Positions 40,188 to 51,679 of a stretch of DNA of 64,000 nt are shown here, in pieces. Numbering within the stretch: the first letter of the stretch is position 1; each line of letters starts with the position of its first letter. The translations under genes and the position numbers were made by a program. Source of the DNA: Azolla caroliniana (lineage: Eukaryota > Plantae > Polypodiophyta); assembly GCA_043228905.1 (NCBI GenBank), contig JBHGNT010000011.1:620001-684000 (forward strand), given 5' to 3'. The notes below the pieces were generated by a model. That model had not been told where the DNA came from and made no database searches. It was given only the letters and a program-made list of their open reading frames with translations.

Positions 40188-42685
40188 AGCGGACTATTGA
40201 AGCATGGGGCACAAATAGTCCGAGCAATCACACGACCCCACAAGAAAGAAGAGCGCGTGGATTGCAAGGAGAAGCAACATGTGTCACACCTAGTGGCGCA
40301 TGTAAGCTAGTACTACCCGACAAGAAGCACAAGCGCCGGATACAAGATTTCGAGAAGATGTTGAAAGAAGAGAACATAATAGAAGAAGGAGAGTTCGTGA
40401 CTCATATTATGGAAGAAGCCTCATTTAACGACACCATCGGCGAAATCGAGGACGTCGTGGACTTGAGCTATCTTCACAACCAACGTGTGATTTCGGTTAA
40501 CTCCGTCAACATGTACGCTATCATCGATGAATACCGTCGTGGCATCTTGATGAATGAAGCTGACATCAACACGAAATATAAAACAGTGGATAAGAAGATC
40601 AAGCCAGTTGCGGTTCCGCTACCGGAAGATAGCTGGCAAAAGATGAAGGAAGTCGCTAATGATCCAAGCTTAAGAGATCTGAAGAAGATAGGTCATGACT
40701 TCACCAAAGAGACGAAGGGGAAGCTACAAGTTGGAAAGGAGGATTTCCTTCTCCCTGAAGAGGAGCGAATGTTTCGCGATATGCTTGAGAGACATGGGAA
40801 GGCTTTCGCATTCTTCCCACGAGAAATCGGATGCGCCGACCCAAAGGTTATAGAGCCAATGGTGATCTTCACAGTGCCCCATGTGCCTTGGAATTTGAAA
40901 CCGATACCGGTTCCGAGAGCACACCTTCCGAAGCTGATCGAGCTCTTAAAAGAAAAGGTGAGTATGGGAATTCTAGAACCGTCGAATGCTCCTTATTCCA
41001 ATAGGTGGTTCACGGTGCCGAAGAAGAATGGATCATTGCGATTCATCCAAGATCTTCAACCCGTCAACAAGGTGACAATTCGAAATGCCGGAATCGGTCC
41101 GAGCGTGGACGAATTTGCCGAAGCGTTTGCGGGCCAGTCCATCTACTCCATTGGCGATCTCTACTCCGGATATGACCAATTCCAATTGGCGATCGACAGT
41201 CGGGACATTACAACCATGAGGACTCCGATCGGGCTTGTGCGGATGTGTACCTTACCCCAAGGCGCAACGAACTCGGTGGCTCATATGGTGAATGCCATGA
41301 ATAAAGTCTTGAAGGATTGCATTCCGGAAATCACGATGCCATTCTTGGATGATATTCCGATAAAAGGATGTTCAGATGAGGAGAAAGATGAATCGAAAGA
41401 TAAGGAAGGTTGTAGAAAGTTCATTGCGGATCATATGAAAGATTGCGAGAAGGTGCTTCAAAGGCTCGAAGATGCGAATTTGACATTTTCGGGAGAAAAA
41501 TCCGCATTCGGGCAACCGGAGATCTTGGTGGTAGGTCACTTGTGTGGAGCATATGGCCGAAAGCCCTCGCCATCCAAAGTGAATGCAATCCAAGACATGA
41601 AAGAAGAATGCGAAAACCAAACGGAGGTTCGAAGGTTCCTTGGAGCGTGCGCGTTTTATCATATATGGATTCCTCACTACGCTCATGTCGCCGAACCGTT
41701 ATATGGACTACTAAAGAAAAGAATAAAGTTCGAATGGCGAGACGAGCACACAGAGGCGATGCGAAGATTAAAGAAACTACTTCTTGAAGCTCCGGCACTA
41801 AGGAAGGCCGACTATGCTGAAGGGAAACCAATTTACGTGACCGTAGATACGAGCCCAACTGGAATCGGGTGGGTCATCAATCAAGAAGGTGAAGATAATG
41901 CGCGATATGCCGTCCGGTTCGGAGCAAAGGTTCTCAGCGAACGGCAACAAAGATATGCCCAAGTCAAGCGGGAACTTTGGGGTATTGTGTTGGCAGTGAA
42001 GACGGACAAAGATTACTTGATCGGGTCAGAAGTGATAATAGAGACAGATTGTCTCCCAATTCTCGGAATGGTCTCGGGATGTGCGACCCCAGATCTTGCT
42101 ATGCTAAGGTGGATCGCCTATATCAAGTCTTTAAACCCAGAGATCCGTCACATCGCAGGGAAGAAGAACGCCATGGCTGACATGCTGTCAAGGGCAAGAT
42201 TTTCAAATGGAAGTAACATGGTTTCGGAAGATGAAGATGTCGCCCTCTACTTCTTCAAGATGGCTCGATTGTCGGCGGAAGACCAGGACACACAAACCCT
42301 CCACGCCTTCAACGAGAACGAGTACGAAGGAGAATGGTTACTCATCGGTAGATTCCGAAGAACATTGACGACCGATGCTTCGTTGACAAAGGAGGAGGCC
42401 CTACGAATCCGGAAGAAAGCTTATCAATACTTCTTGAAGGGAGGATTCCTTTGGCGACATCCAAAAAGAAGGACAGGAATACCACGTCGAGTGGTGGTAA
42501 AGAAAGAAGAGCAAGAGACGCTGATGACCGAATTCCACGAGAGTGCTTGGGCAGGTCATAGAGGAACATGGGCGACATTCGAAAAATTGAAGGAGAAGTA
42601 TTGGTGGCCAAGCATGTACAAAGATGTACTCCATTTCGTGTCCACATGTGAAACTTGCCAAATATATTCAAATATACGTCATCGT

Positions 42686-45600
42686 TGTTGGGATATCGGT
42701 CTCTCCGGATGGGATGTCCGGAGACGAATGACGGCAAGCCCGGTTACGGTTACGGAACCGGATGATGACCCGGCATGGAGCCGGATGAAGAAGACCCCGG
42801 TTACGGAGCCGGATGATGAAGACCCCGGTTACGGAGCCGGATGATGTATGTACCCGGAGCGAGATCCGGATGCGGGGACATATTTGTTAATATGTTTGCC
42901 AAGGGCCCTTGAGGCTATAGTTGTAAATAGCCCCAAAGTCATATGTGTATAAATATGACTTAGGGCAAACAGTTTTACTGTTGCTTATTATTTTTCTGTT
43001 TTTCCACTCAAGAGGAGTGAAGAGAGAGGGCAGCCGTGAGAGAGAGAGATAGAGCGCGAGAGAGGACGAGGACGACGCCTCTGTGTATTTCCGCCGCCTG
43101 TGGCGAGGACAGCGAGCTCAAGGTCGTCGCCTTGAAGCTCGTCACTGTATACTTCTCTTTGTATAGTGTCGTTGGAGTCTTGTACTCCCGTGGTTTTTCC
43201 CATCTAGGGTTTTCCACGTTAATCTCTGTGTACTCGTGTGTTTCTCTCTTTGTGGTTCCTATTTTCTGCTCCATCGAATTCGTGCTTACTCGGTTGTGGC
43301 CGAGGGGAAGAAGGTGAATAGAAGCGTCTATTCTCAACAAAGTGGTATCAGAGCGAACTGCTGCAGAAAATGGAAGGCGGCGGCAGCGGGCAGCCGGGGA
43401 TGATGGTGCTGAATGCACAAAATTACGCCGACTGGAAGATCAAGATGGAGGATCTTCTGATTGTTCGGGACCTGTACGAACCGATTGACAGGTCGGAAAT
43501 ACCGAAAGGGGTACTTGAGTCGGAGTGGAAGCTCCTAAACCGGAAAGCCGTAGCGACGATCCGACAATATGTCGATGTAAGCGTCCTACAACATGTGGCG
43601 AACGACACCAACGCATATGAGATGTGGAAGAAGCTGTCGGGCCTCTACGAGAGGAAGAATGCGTTGAACCGGACCTCCCTGATGAGGAAGATAGTGAACC
43701 TCAAGTACCGGGACGGCGAGAGTATGGTAGAACACGTAAGCACGTTCATGGGATTCGTGAATCAGCTTGCGGCGATCAAGTTCCCGTTGGAGGATGCAAT
43801 GCAAGCCATCATTCTGATGTGTACATTGCCGGATAGTTGGGAGAACTTGGTGGTGACCCTCAGCACCTCCTGCACCGAAGATAACTTGTCTCTACAAACG
43901 GTAAAGACAAGTATCTTGAACGAAGAAGCGCGTCGGAGAGATAAAGAACCGGCCTCCGACACGAAGGCGCTGCTTACCGAATCGGATCGGGGAAGACAAT
44001 GGAACCGGAGTCCGCAAAGGCGGGAGAAGTCGGGGACCCGGTCGCAGTCAAGAGGAAGGCCTACATGCTTCCACTGTGGGAAGCCGGGACACTTCCGAAA
44101 GAATTGTCGGCATTACCGAAAAGACAACGGAGCCGACGACACCGATTCGAAGAAGTCACCGGAGAGAAACGGTGCATACCGGGGAGCCACGGACCGGAGA
44201 GGTCCGGATCGGCGAGGGCAGGACCGGAAAGGAACGACGGCACTCGCGGCAAGTGAAGAAGAGATAATGCTGATTACCGAAGAGAGGGAGCTGAACCTTG
44301 CCGGAGTAGAGATGACCTGGGTGGTCGATTCCGGAGCATCGTTCCATCTGACCCCGGAGAAGAAATACTTCTCATCCTACACAGCCGGTGAGCACGGCTG
44401 TGTCCGGATGGGAAATGAAGGCACATGCCGGATTGCCGGCATCGGAGACGTGTGGCTGATGACATCAACCGGATGCAAGATGCTGCTGAAGGATGTTCGA
44501 CACGTTCCGGAGGTCCGATTGAACCTGATCTCGGCCGGGAGGCTAGATGATGAAGGCTACACGGGCAGCATCCGGAACGGTGTCATGAAGTTCAGCAAGG
44601 GGAGCCTGATAGTGGCTCGGGCCCGGAAGGTCAACACACTGTACCTGATGAATTCCCGGCTATGTCCGGAGGAGCTGAATGTGGCAGCCGACACTGCCGG
44701 TGAGCTGTGGCACAAGAGACTGTGCCACATGAGTGAGAAGGGGATGAAGAGGCTTGCAGAAGACAACCTTATTCCAGTGAAGCATGTGCACCTGGAGAAG
44801 TGCACCGACTGCCTGGCCGGTAAGCAAAACCGGACCTCCTTCCACTCAAGGCCACCGACGAGACGTAGTGCACCATTGGAGCTGGTGCATACTGACGTGT
44901 GTCAAGTAGAAACGAAGTCACATGGCGGAGCCCAGTACTTCGTAACATTCATAGATGATCACAGCTGGAAGCTGTGGACGGCACCGTTGAAGACAAAGGA
45001 CCAAGTATTGTCCGTCTTCAAAGAACTCCATGCAAGAGTGGAAAGAGAATCCGGCAAGAAGCTGAAAGCGATACGAGCGGATAACGGAGGGGAATACCGG
45101 GGGCAGTTCCAGGAGTACTGTCGCTCGAAGGGAATCCGACTCGAGTTTACTGTGCCGAAGACGCCGGAACTGAACGGGCTGGCCGAGAGGATGAACCGGA
45201 CCATAATGGAGAGGGTCCGGAGTATGCTGGCGCATGCGAAATTACCCAAGGGATTTTGGGCTGAGGCAATGTCGACGGCGACATATGTGATAAATAGATC
45301 ACCCTCAGTACCTTTGGACGGAGACACGCCGCAGAGAGTGTGGACCGGTAAGGAAGTGTCCTACCGGCATCTGAAGGTGTTCGGGTGTCTCGCATATGTG
45401 CATGTGGCAAAGGACCGGAGAGGAAAGCTAGATCCAAAGACCCGGCCATGCATATTCCTCGGTTACGGCGACGACGAGTTCGGCTACCGAGTATGGGACC
45501 CGGTCGACAAGAAGATATTCAGGAGTCGTGATATCATCTTCATGGAGGACAAGACACTCGCCGACTGGGAGTCGGAGAAGAAGATGGAGAGCTCCAAGTC

Positions 45601-48107
45601 GACCGGTGAGAATCAACTCTACGAGGAGCAGTCCCGACCGGCAAGGGACCGGTTAGCACTCGAGGATCCGGCCGAAGACGGTGAAGAAACAGAACCGGCC
45701 GAAGAAGATGACAATGATACCGGAACCGGCCCCGATCCCGAAATGGATTCGGATGAAGAAGAATCGGAAGAACCGGTTACCGAAGCTCCGGAACGGAGGT
45801 ATCCTCTAAGAGAGAGGAGGGCCCCCCGGAGATTTCCGAAACCAGAGCACGTGCTACTAACCGACGAGGGGGAGCCGGAGAGCTTTGAAGAAGCAAAGCA
45901 TGACGCCAAGAGCCGCAGGTGGTTGAGTGCCATGCAGGACGAGATGGATTCCCTGCATGAGAACCACACATATGAACTTGTGGAGTTGCCGAAAGGAAAG
46001 CGGGCACTTCGAAACAAGTGGGTGTTCAAGCTGAAACCGGGAGATGCCGGAAACCCCCCGAGATACAAAGCCAGGATCGTGGTGAAGGGGTTTCAGCAGA
46101 AGAAGGGCGTCGACTTCGACGAGATATTTGCCCCGGTAGTGAAGATGACCTCCATCCGGACGGTGCTGAGCATAGCGGCAAGCATGGACCTCGAGGTAGA
46201 CCAGATGGACGTGAAGACGGCATTCCTTCACGGTGACCTCGATGAAGAGATCTACATGCAGCAACCGGAAGGATTCGAGAAGAAAGGGAAGGAGCACTTG
46301 GTATGCCGGCTGAAGAAGAGCCTTTACGGACTGAAGCAGGCTCCCCGGCAATGGTACCGGAAGTTCGACTCCTTCATGACCAACGAAGGGTACCTCAAAA
46401 CGCAGTCCGACCACTGCGTGTTTGTGAAGAAGTTCGAAGGAGGAGACTCTCTAATACTCCTCCTGTACGTGGACGACATGTTGATCGTCGGACGGGACCA
46501 GGTTAAGATACGGATGCTGAAGAAAGCTCTTCACCGAACCTTCTCTATGAAGGACCTGGGTCCGGCAAGGCAAATACTGGGGATGCACATCATCCGGGAC
46601 CGGAAGAAGAAGCAGTTGTGGCTGTCACAAGAGAAGTACGTGACAAAGGTGCTTCAACGGTTCAACATGTCGGAAGCAAGACCGGTCGGATCAACCCTCC
46701 CGGCAAACTGCAAGCTGTCCAGCAAGCAAAGTCCCAAGACAAAGGCTGAAAAGGAGGATATGATGAAAGTGCCGTATGCCTCAGCCGTCGGGAGCTTGAT
46801 GTACGCCATGGTGTGTACGAGACCGGACATCGGATATGCAGTCGGAGTGGTGAGCCGGTACATGAGCAATCCCGGCAAAGAGCATTGGAACGCGACCAAG
46901 TGGATACTCCGATACCTGAAGGGCACAACGAATGTGTGCCTCCGATTCGGCTCCGGTAAACCCGAACTCGACGGTTTCACCGATTCGGATATGTCGGCTG
47001 ATGCAGATACCAGCCGGTCCACATCAGGGTATGTGATGACGTATGCAGGGGGAGCCGTTTCGTGGCAGTCAAGGCTGCAGAAGACGGTTGCGTTGTCAAC
47101 CACGGAGGCGGAGTACATGGCGGCTGTTGAAGCCGGCAAGGAAATAATATGGATGAAGGACTTCATTAGAGAGCTCGGTATCCGGCAGGAGGAGTACCGA
47201 CTCTACTGCGACAGTCAGAGTGCCATCCACCTTGCGAAGAACGCGGCCTACCATTCCCGGACGAAACACATCCAGCGTAGATACCACTGGATCCGGGAAA
47301 GGATAGAAGATAAGGAGTTCGTGCTGACGAAGATCCACACGGACGAGAACGGGTCAGATATGCTGACCAAAGTACTCACACCCGACAAGCTGGAAGCATG
47401 CCGGAGGAGGATCGGATTGGAGAGACATCCCATGCCGAAGTGAAGGGGGAGTTTGTTGGGATATCGGTCTCTCCGGATGGGATGTCCGGAGACGAATGAC
47501 GGCAAGCCCGGTTACGGTTACGGAACCGGATGATGACCCGGCATGGAGCCGGATGAAGAAGACCCCGGTTACGGAGCCGGATGATGAAGACCCCGGTTAC
47601 GGAGCCGGATGATGTATGTACCCGGAGCGAGATCCGGATGCGGGGACATATTTGTTAATATGTTTGCCAAGGGCCCTTGAGGCTATAGTTGTAAATAGCC
47701 CCAAAGTCATATGTGTATAAATATGACTTAGGGCAAACAGTTTTACTGTTGCTTATTATTTTTCTGTTTTTCCACTCAAGAGGAGTGAAGAGAGAGGGCA
47801 GCCGTGAGAGAGAGAGATAGAGCGCGAGAGAGGAAGAGGACGACGCCTCTGTGTATTTCCGCCGCCTGTGGCGAGGACAGCGAGCTCAAGGTCGTCGCCT
47901 TGAAGCTCGTCACTGTATACTTCTCTTTGTATAGTGTCGTTGGAGTCTTGTACTCCCGTGGTTTTTCCCATCTAGGGTTTTCCACGTTAATCTCTGTGTA
48001 CTCGTGTGTTTCTCTCTTTGTGGTTCCTATTTTCTGCTCCATCGAATTCGTGCTTACTCGGTTGTGGCCGAGGGGAAGAAGGTGAATAGAAGCGTCTATT
48101 CTCAACA
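42686..48107 (+). mobile_element. Intact Copia retrotransposon, Tto1/Tork-like; 654-bp LTRs 42686-43339 and 47454-48107; TSD ATCGT
   Basis: TG...CA LTRs of equal length, PBS TGGTATCAGAGC at 43343, PPT GAAGGGGGAG, ATCGT on both flanks. Confidence 0.98.
43370..47443 (+). CDS. Copia gag-pol polyprotein, 1357 aa
   Basis: Uninterrupted ORF with CFHCGKPGHFRKNC, VDSGA protease, HHCC and DDE integrase motifs, YVDDM RT and RNase H. Confidence 0.98.
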   Translation: MEGGGSGQPGMMVLNAQNYADWKIKMEDLLIVRDLYEPIDRSEIPKGVLESEWKLLNRKAVATIRQYVDVSVLQHVANDTNAYEMWKKLSGLYERKNALNRTSLMRKIVNLKYRDGESMVEHVSTFMGFVNQLAAIKFPLEDAMQAIILMCTLPDSWENLVVTLSTSCTEDNLSLQTVKTSILNEEARRRDKEPASDTKALLTESDRGRQWNRSPQRREKSGTRSQSRGRPTCFHCGKPGHFRKNCRHYRKDNGADDTDSKKSPERNGAYRGATDRRGPDRRGQDRKGTTALAASEEEIMLITEERELNLAGVEMTWVVDSGASFHLTPEKKYFSSYTAGEHGCVRMGNEGTCRIAGIGDVWLMTSTGCKMLLKDVRHVPEVRLNLISAGRLDDEGYTGSIRNGVMKFSKGSLIVARARKVNTLYLMNSRLCPEELNVAADTAGELWHKRLCHMSEKGMKRLAEDNLIPVKHVHLEKCTDCLAGKQNRTSFHSRPPTRRSAPLELVHTDVCQVETKSHGGAQYFVTFIDDHSWKLWTAPLKTKDQVLSVFKELHARVERESGKKLKAIRADNGGEYRGQFQEYCRSKGIRLEFTVPKTPELNGLAERMNRTIMERVRSMLAHAKLPKGFWAEAMSTATYVINRSPSVPLDGDTPQRVWTGKEVSYRHLKVFGCLAYVHVAKDRRGKLDPKTRPCIFLGYGDDEFGYRVWDPVDKKIFRSRDIIFMEDKTLADWESEKKMESSKSTGENQLYEEQSRPARDRLALEDPAEDGEETEPAEEDDNDTGTGPDPEMDSDEEESEEPVTEAPERRYPLRERRAPRRFPKPEHVLLTDEGEPESFEEAKHDAKSRRWLSAMQDEMDSLHENHTYELVELPKGKRALRNKWVFKLKPGDAGNPPRYKARIVVKGFQQKKGVDFDEIFAPVVKMTSIRTVLSIAASMDLEVDQMDVKTAFLHGDLDEEIYMQQPEGFEKKGKEHLVCRLKKSLYGLKQAPRQWYRKFDSFMTNEGYLKTQSDHCVFVKKFEGGDSLILLLYVDDMLIVGRDQVKIRMLKKALHRTFSMKDLGPARQILGMHIIRDRKKKQLWLSQEKYVTKVLQRFNMSEARPVGSTLPANCKLSSKQSPKTKAEKEDMMKVPYASAVGSLMYAMVCTRPDIGYAVGVVSRYMSNPGKEHWNATKWILRYLKGTTNVCLRFGSGKPELDGFTDSDMSADADTSRSTSGYVMTYAGGAVSWQSRLQKTVALSTTEAEYMAAVEAGKEIIWMKDFIRELGIRQEEYRLYCDSQSAIHLAKNAAYHSRTKHIQRRYHWIRERIEDKEFVLTKIHTDENGSDMLTKVLTPDKLEACRRRIGLERHPMPK

Positions 48108-50574
48108 ATCGTGATGAGTTAAAGCCGACATACCCACTCACCATTCACTTCAAATGGATGGTGGATCTGGTCTCGATGCCAATGGGAGTGGGACAAATGA
48201 AGTACTTAGCGCTCGCAAGGGAAGACTTGACAAATCAAGTGGAAGGACGAGCCTTGACAAATAAGACGACTTCAGCCGTTTGCAAATTTCTACTTGAAGA
48301 TGTTGTTTGCCGATATAGATGTGTAGGGAAGATAGTGGCCGACCGAGGGGAGTTGGACGCGCACGAAGCGACGGAGCTCTTCGAAAGACTAGGCGTGAAG
48401 CTCTCCCTCACGACTGCCTACAATCCGGAAGCAAATGGGAAGATCGAGCGAGGGCATGGACCTATCGTTAAAGCCATCGTACGGGCATGCAACGGACGAG
48501 TCGGGAATTGGCCACGACTATTACCCTATGCCTTGTGGGCCGATAGAACGACACATAGCTCGGTGACAGGGTATATGCCGACGGAGCTTATGTATGGACA
48601 AAAGCCGATTATGCCCATCGAAAGGACGATCGCCTCATGGGTAGCGATACCGTGTGGGAACGAGATGAGCCGAGAAGAGTTATTAGCGGCGCGGATAAGG
48701 CAACTTGAAAGAAGACCTGAAGATTTAGAAAAAGCGCGAAAGATGATGAAGGCAGCCCGAGTAAAGAACAAAGTTCGGTTCGACAACACGCATCGACTTC
48801 GTCCCAAGAAGATTGAAGAAGGGGATTAGGTTTTAGTTTACGACAGCACCCTTGACAATCAACATAGTACAACAAGGAAGTTCGCAAGAAGATGGTTCGG
48901 GCCGTATGTGGTGACAAGTGCCAACGATAATGCCACATACCACCTTGCGGAACTAGACGGATCAAGGTTGGCCGTACCCATTGGGGGAAAAAGAGTAAAG
49001 CTTTTCAAGAAAAGACAAGACAAGGATCCTGACCTCGATTACCTCGACGATGAACATAATAGGCCGGATGAAAATGAAGACATGGAGGAATCTAATTGAT
49101 CATCGTAGCCGAAATCTCACTTCTTCTCTTCTTGGCACGTACCGGAGGACGTGCGGTTTGGTGGGGGTGGATGTCGTGAAGATTTTCGGCAATAGTGTGA
49201 AAATCCCATAAAACGTACAAAATCGAGTATGAATCATGTAATACAATAATTGTGAAGATAACATTTTTAATATCTAAGTACAAAATGATGGAGGTTTCGA
49301 ATGCACTTTATTACACGAGAAATGGACAACTAAATGTCAAGATATGAGGGTATAAAGTTTGTGAAAAGAAAAGAGAAAATTGTGAGATATCCCACATAGG
49401 CACGACAAATACGGCTCTCATCATATATAAGGTGGAGCAAAAGATATTATCTTTGTGTCTATGTGTGGAGTATAGAGAGTTCAAGGTAACTTGAACTTAG
49501 AGTGGAGGTGGCTAGCTACACGTAAAGGGTTTTGGCCAACCAAAACCGAACCGACGATGGAGCCGGTGATCCGACGGCAATCCGATGGCGGCATGCGGCA
49601 CCGATATCCGGCGTCGGCATCCGGCGACGGTATCCGGCGAACCGGCGACTAGATAAAATAAATATATAAAAATATATACATATTTACATATACAAGGAGG
49701 GCAAGTATGGATTCGAACCTTGCACCTCCAAGTTAGGAGTCAAATGGCTTACCATTAAGCCATAATATTTAGTTGAAATTATATTTCTATCATTGTACTT
49801 TTACATGTAAATTCTCATCCAGGAGTGCTAAAATGAGTGACATGGTTAGCATGCACCACATGTAATACTTAAGCGCCAAATGGCAAACATGCAATTTATG
49901 CATGTCTTGTACCCTCACATGCATCATATGCATGAGAGCATCTATAAAAGAGGGAAGGGGGAGGAGAAAAACACGGTTTTTTTTTATGAAAATTAAGAAG
50001 AAGAAATTCGTTATCAAATTGATCGTGTAATCTCAACTTCTCTCTTTCCCAATCTATCTTAAGTACTTTCTCGCCAAAGCTTGTATCGACTCTAAATCCT
50101 TCTGGTCCAGAACCCCGGCGGTTCCGCCTCACGATCCGCGCGTAGTGACGGATCTTCACGACACTGGTATGTGCCAAGAGAGGGAAAGAGGTGAGATTTT
50201 CGGCAATGGTGATTAACCAAGTTCCGCCGCTTCCTTGTTGGCCTTGCCCGACTTCGTCTTCCATTTCGAGCATGCCCATCCTTCCCATACAAACCATCGT
50301 AGCCTCCCGATCCATCGTGTTCGCCACATGTCCCCGAACCATCGGCCCCATCCGATCCACCATATACGATGCTCGCACCTTCCCCCTCGGTCGGTCGTAG
50401 TAGACCTCCCGAACGATGTCGCCGATCCGATCTCTCTTCCTTTGTCCGTTGCATGTGTCCTTCGATTGGACTCCTGACCACTCTGACCGCATGTCGGATA
50501 CCATCCCTCACGCACCTTGTATGTTCCTCCTTCGGCCTGATCGTCTCCTCGTCCCAAGCACCTAGGCGTGCCGT

Positions 50575-51579
50575 TGTCGTGAAGATTTTCGGCAATAGTG
50601 TGAAAATCCCATAAACGTACGAAATCGAGTATGAATCACGTAATACAATAATTGTGAAGATAACATTTTTAATATCTAAGTACAAAATGATTGAGGGTTC
50701 AAATGCACTTTATTACACGAGAAATGGACAACTAAATGTCAAGATATGAGAGTATAAAGTTTGTGAAAAGAAAAGAGAAAATTGTGAGATATCCCACATA
50801 GGCACGACAAATACGGCTCTCATCATATATAAGGTGGAGCAAAAGATATTATCTTTGTGTTTATGTGTGGAGCATAGAGAGTTCAAGGTAACTTGAACTA
50901 AGAGTGGAGGTGGCTAGCTACTCGTAAAGGGTTTTGGCCAACCAAAACCGGACCGGCGATGGAGCCGATGATCCGGCGGCGGCATCTGGCACCGGTATCC
51001 GGCGAGGCACCGGTAACCGACGGCATCTGGCGGCACCGGTATCCGGCGAACCGGCGTCCGACGACTAGATAAATAAATATATAAATATATATATATATTT
51101 ACATATACAAGGAGGGCAAGTATGGATTCGAACCTTGCAGCTCCAAGTTAGGAGTCAATTAGCTTACCATTAAGCCATGCTATTTAGTTGAAATTATATT
51201 TCTATCATCGTACTTTTACATGTAAATTCTCATACATGAGAGCTAAAATGAGTGACATGGTTAGCATGCACCACATGTAATACTTAAGCGCCAAATGGCA
51301 AACATGCAATTTATGCATGTCTTGTACCCTCACATGCATCATATGCATGAGAGCATCTATAAAAGAGGGAAGGGGGAGGAGAAAAAACACGGTTTTTTTT
51401 TATGAAAATTAAGAGGAAGAAATTCGTTATCAAATTGATCGTGTAATCTCAACTTCTCTCTTTCCCAATCTATCTTAAGTACTTTCTCGCCAAACCTTGT
51501 ATCGACTCTAAATCCTTCTGGTCCAGAACCCCGACGGTTCCACCTCACGATCCGCGAGTAGTGACGGATCTTCACGACA
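50575..51579 (+). mobile_element. Solo LTR of the Trp-primed Gypsy family, 4-bp TSD CCGT
   Basis: Closely similar to 36967-37949. CCGT at 50571-50574 and 51580-51583. Confidence 0.95.
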
Positions 51580-51679
51580 CCGTCTCCCTCCATTCCGTGC
51601 TTGCCTTTCATAGGCTCTACCCACGCATTGATGTTGACCTCCGAATACGTGCTCCGTCTTAGGTCCTCATGTGACATCG

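Larger units (their letters stand above)
40160..49099 (+). pseudogene. pol (RT, RNase H, integrase) of the Gypsy element, split by a Copia insertion at 42686-48107
   Basis: RT LPQGATNS and FLDD; RNase H VDTS, KREL, ETDC; integrase HHCC, DLV/DRGE/IERGH and GPY. One in-frame stop at 48827. Confidence 0.93.
36967..50163 (+). mobile_element. Full-length autonomous-type non-chromoviral Gypsy element (LTRs 36967-37949 and 49172-50163), 4-bp TSD CCGG/CTGG, now disabled
   Basis: Near-identical LTRs TGTCGTGAAGAT...ATCTTCACGACA; tRNA-Trp PBS at 37958; domain order gag-PR-RT-RH-INT; PPT before 49172. Confidence 0.95.

Noticed and set aside
42686-42844. Unusual C-terminal extension of the 860-aa Gypsy pol ORF
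   Set aside because: It is read-through into the inserted Copia LTR. The true integrase resumes after the TSD at 48113.
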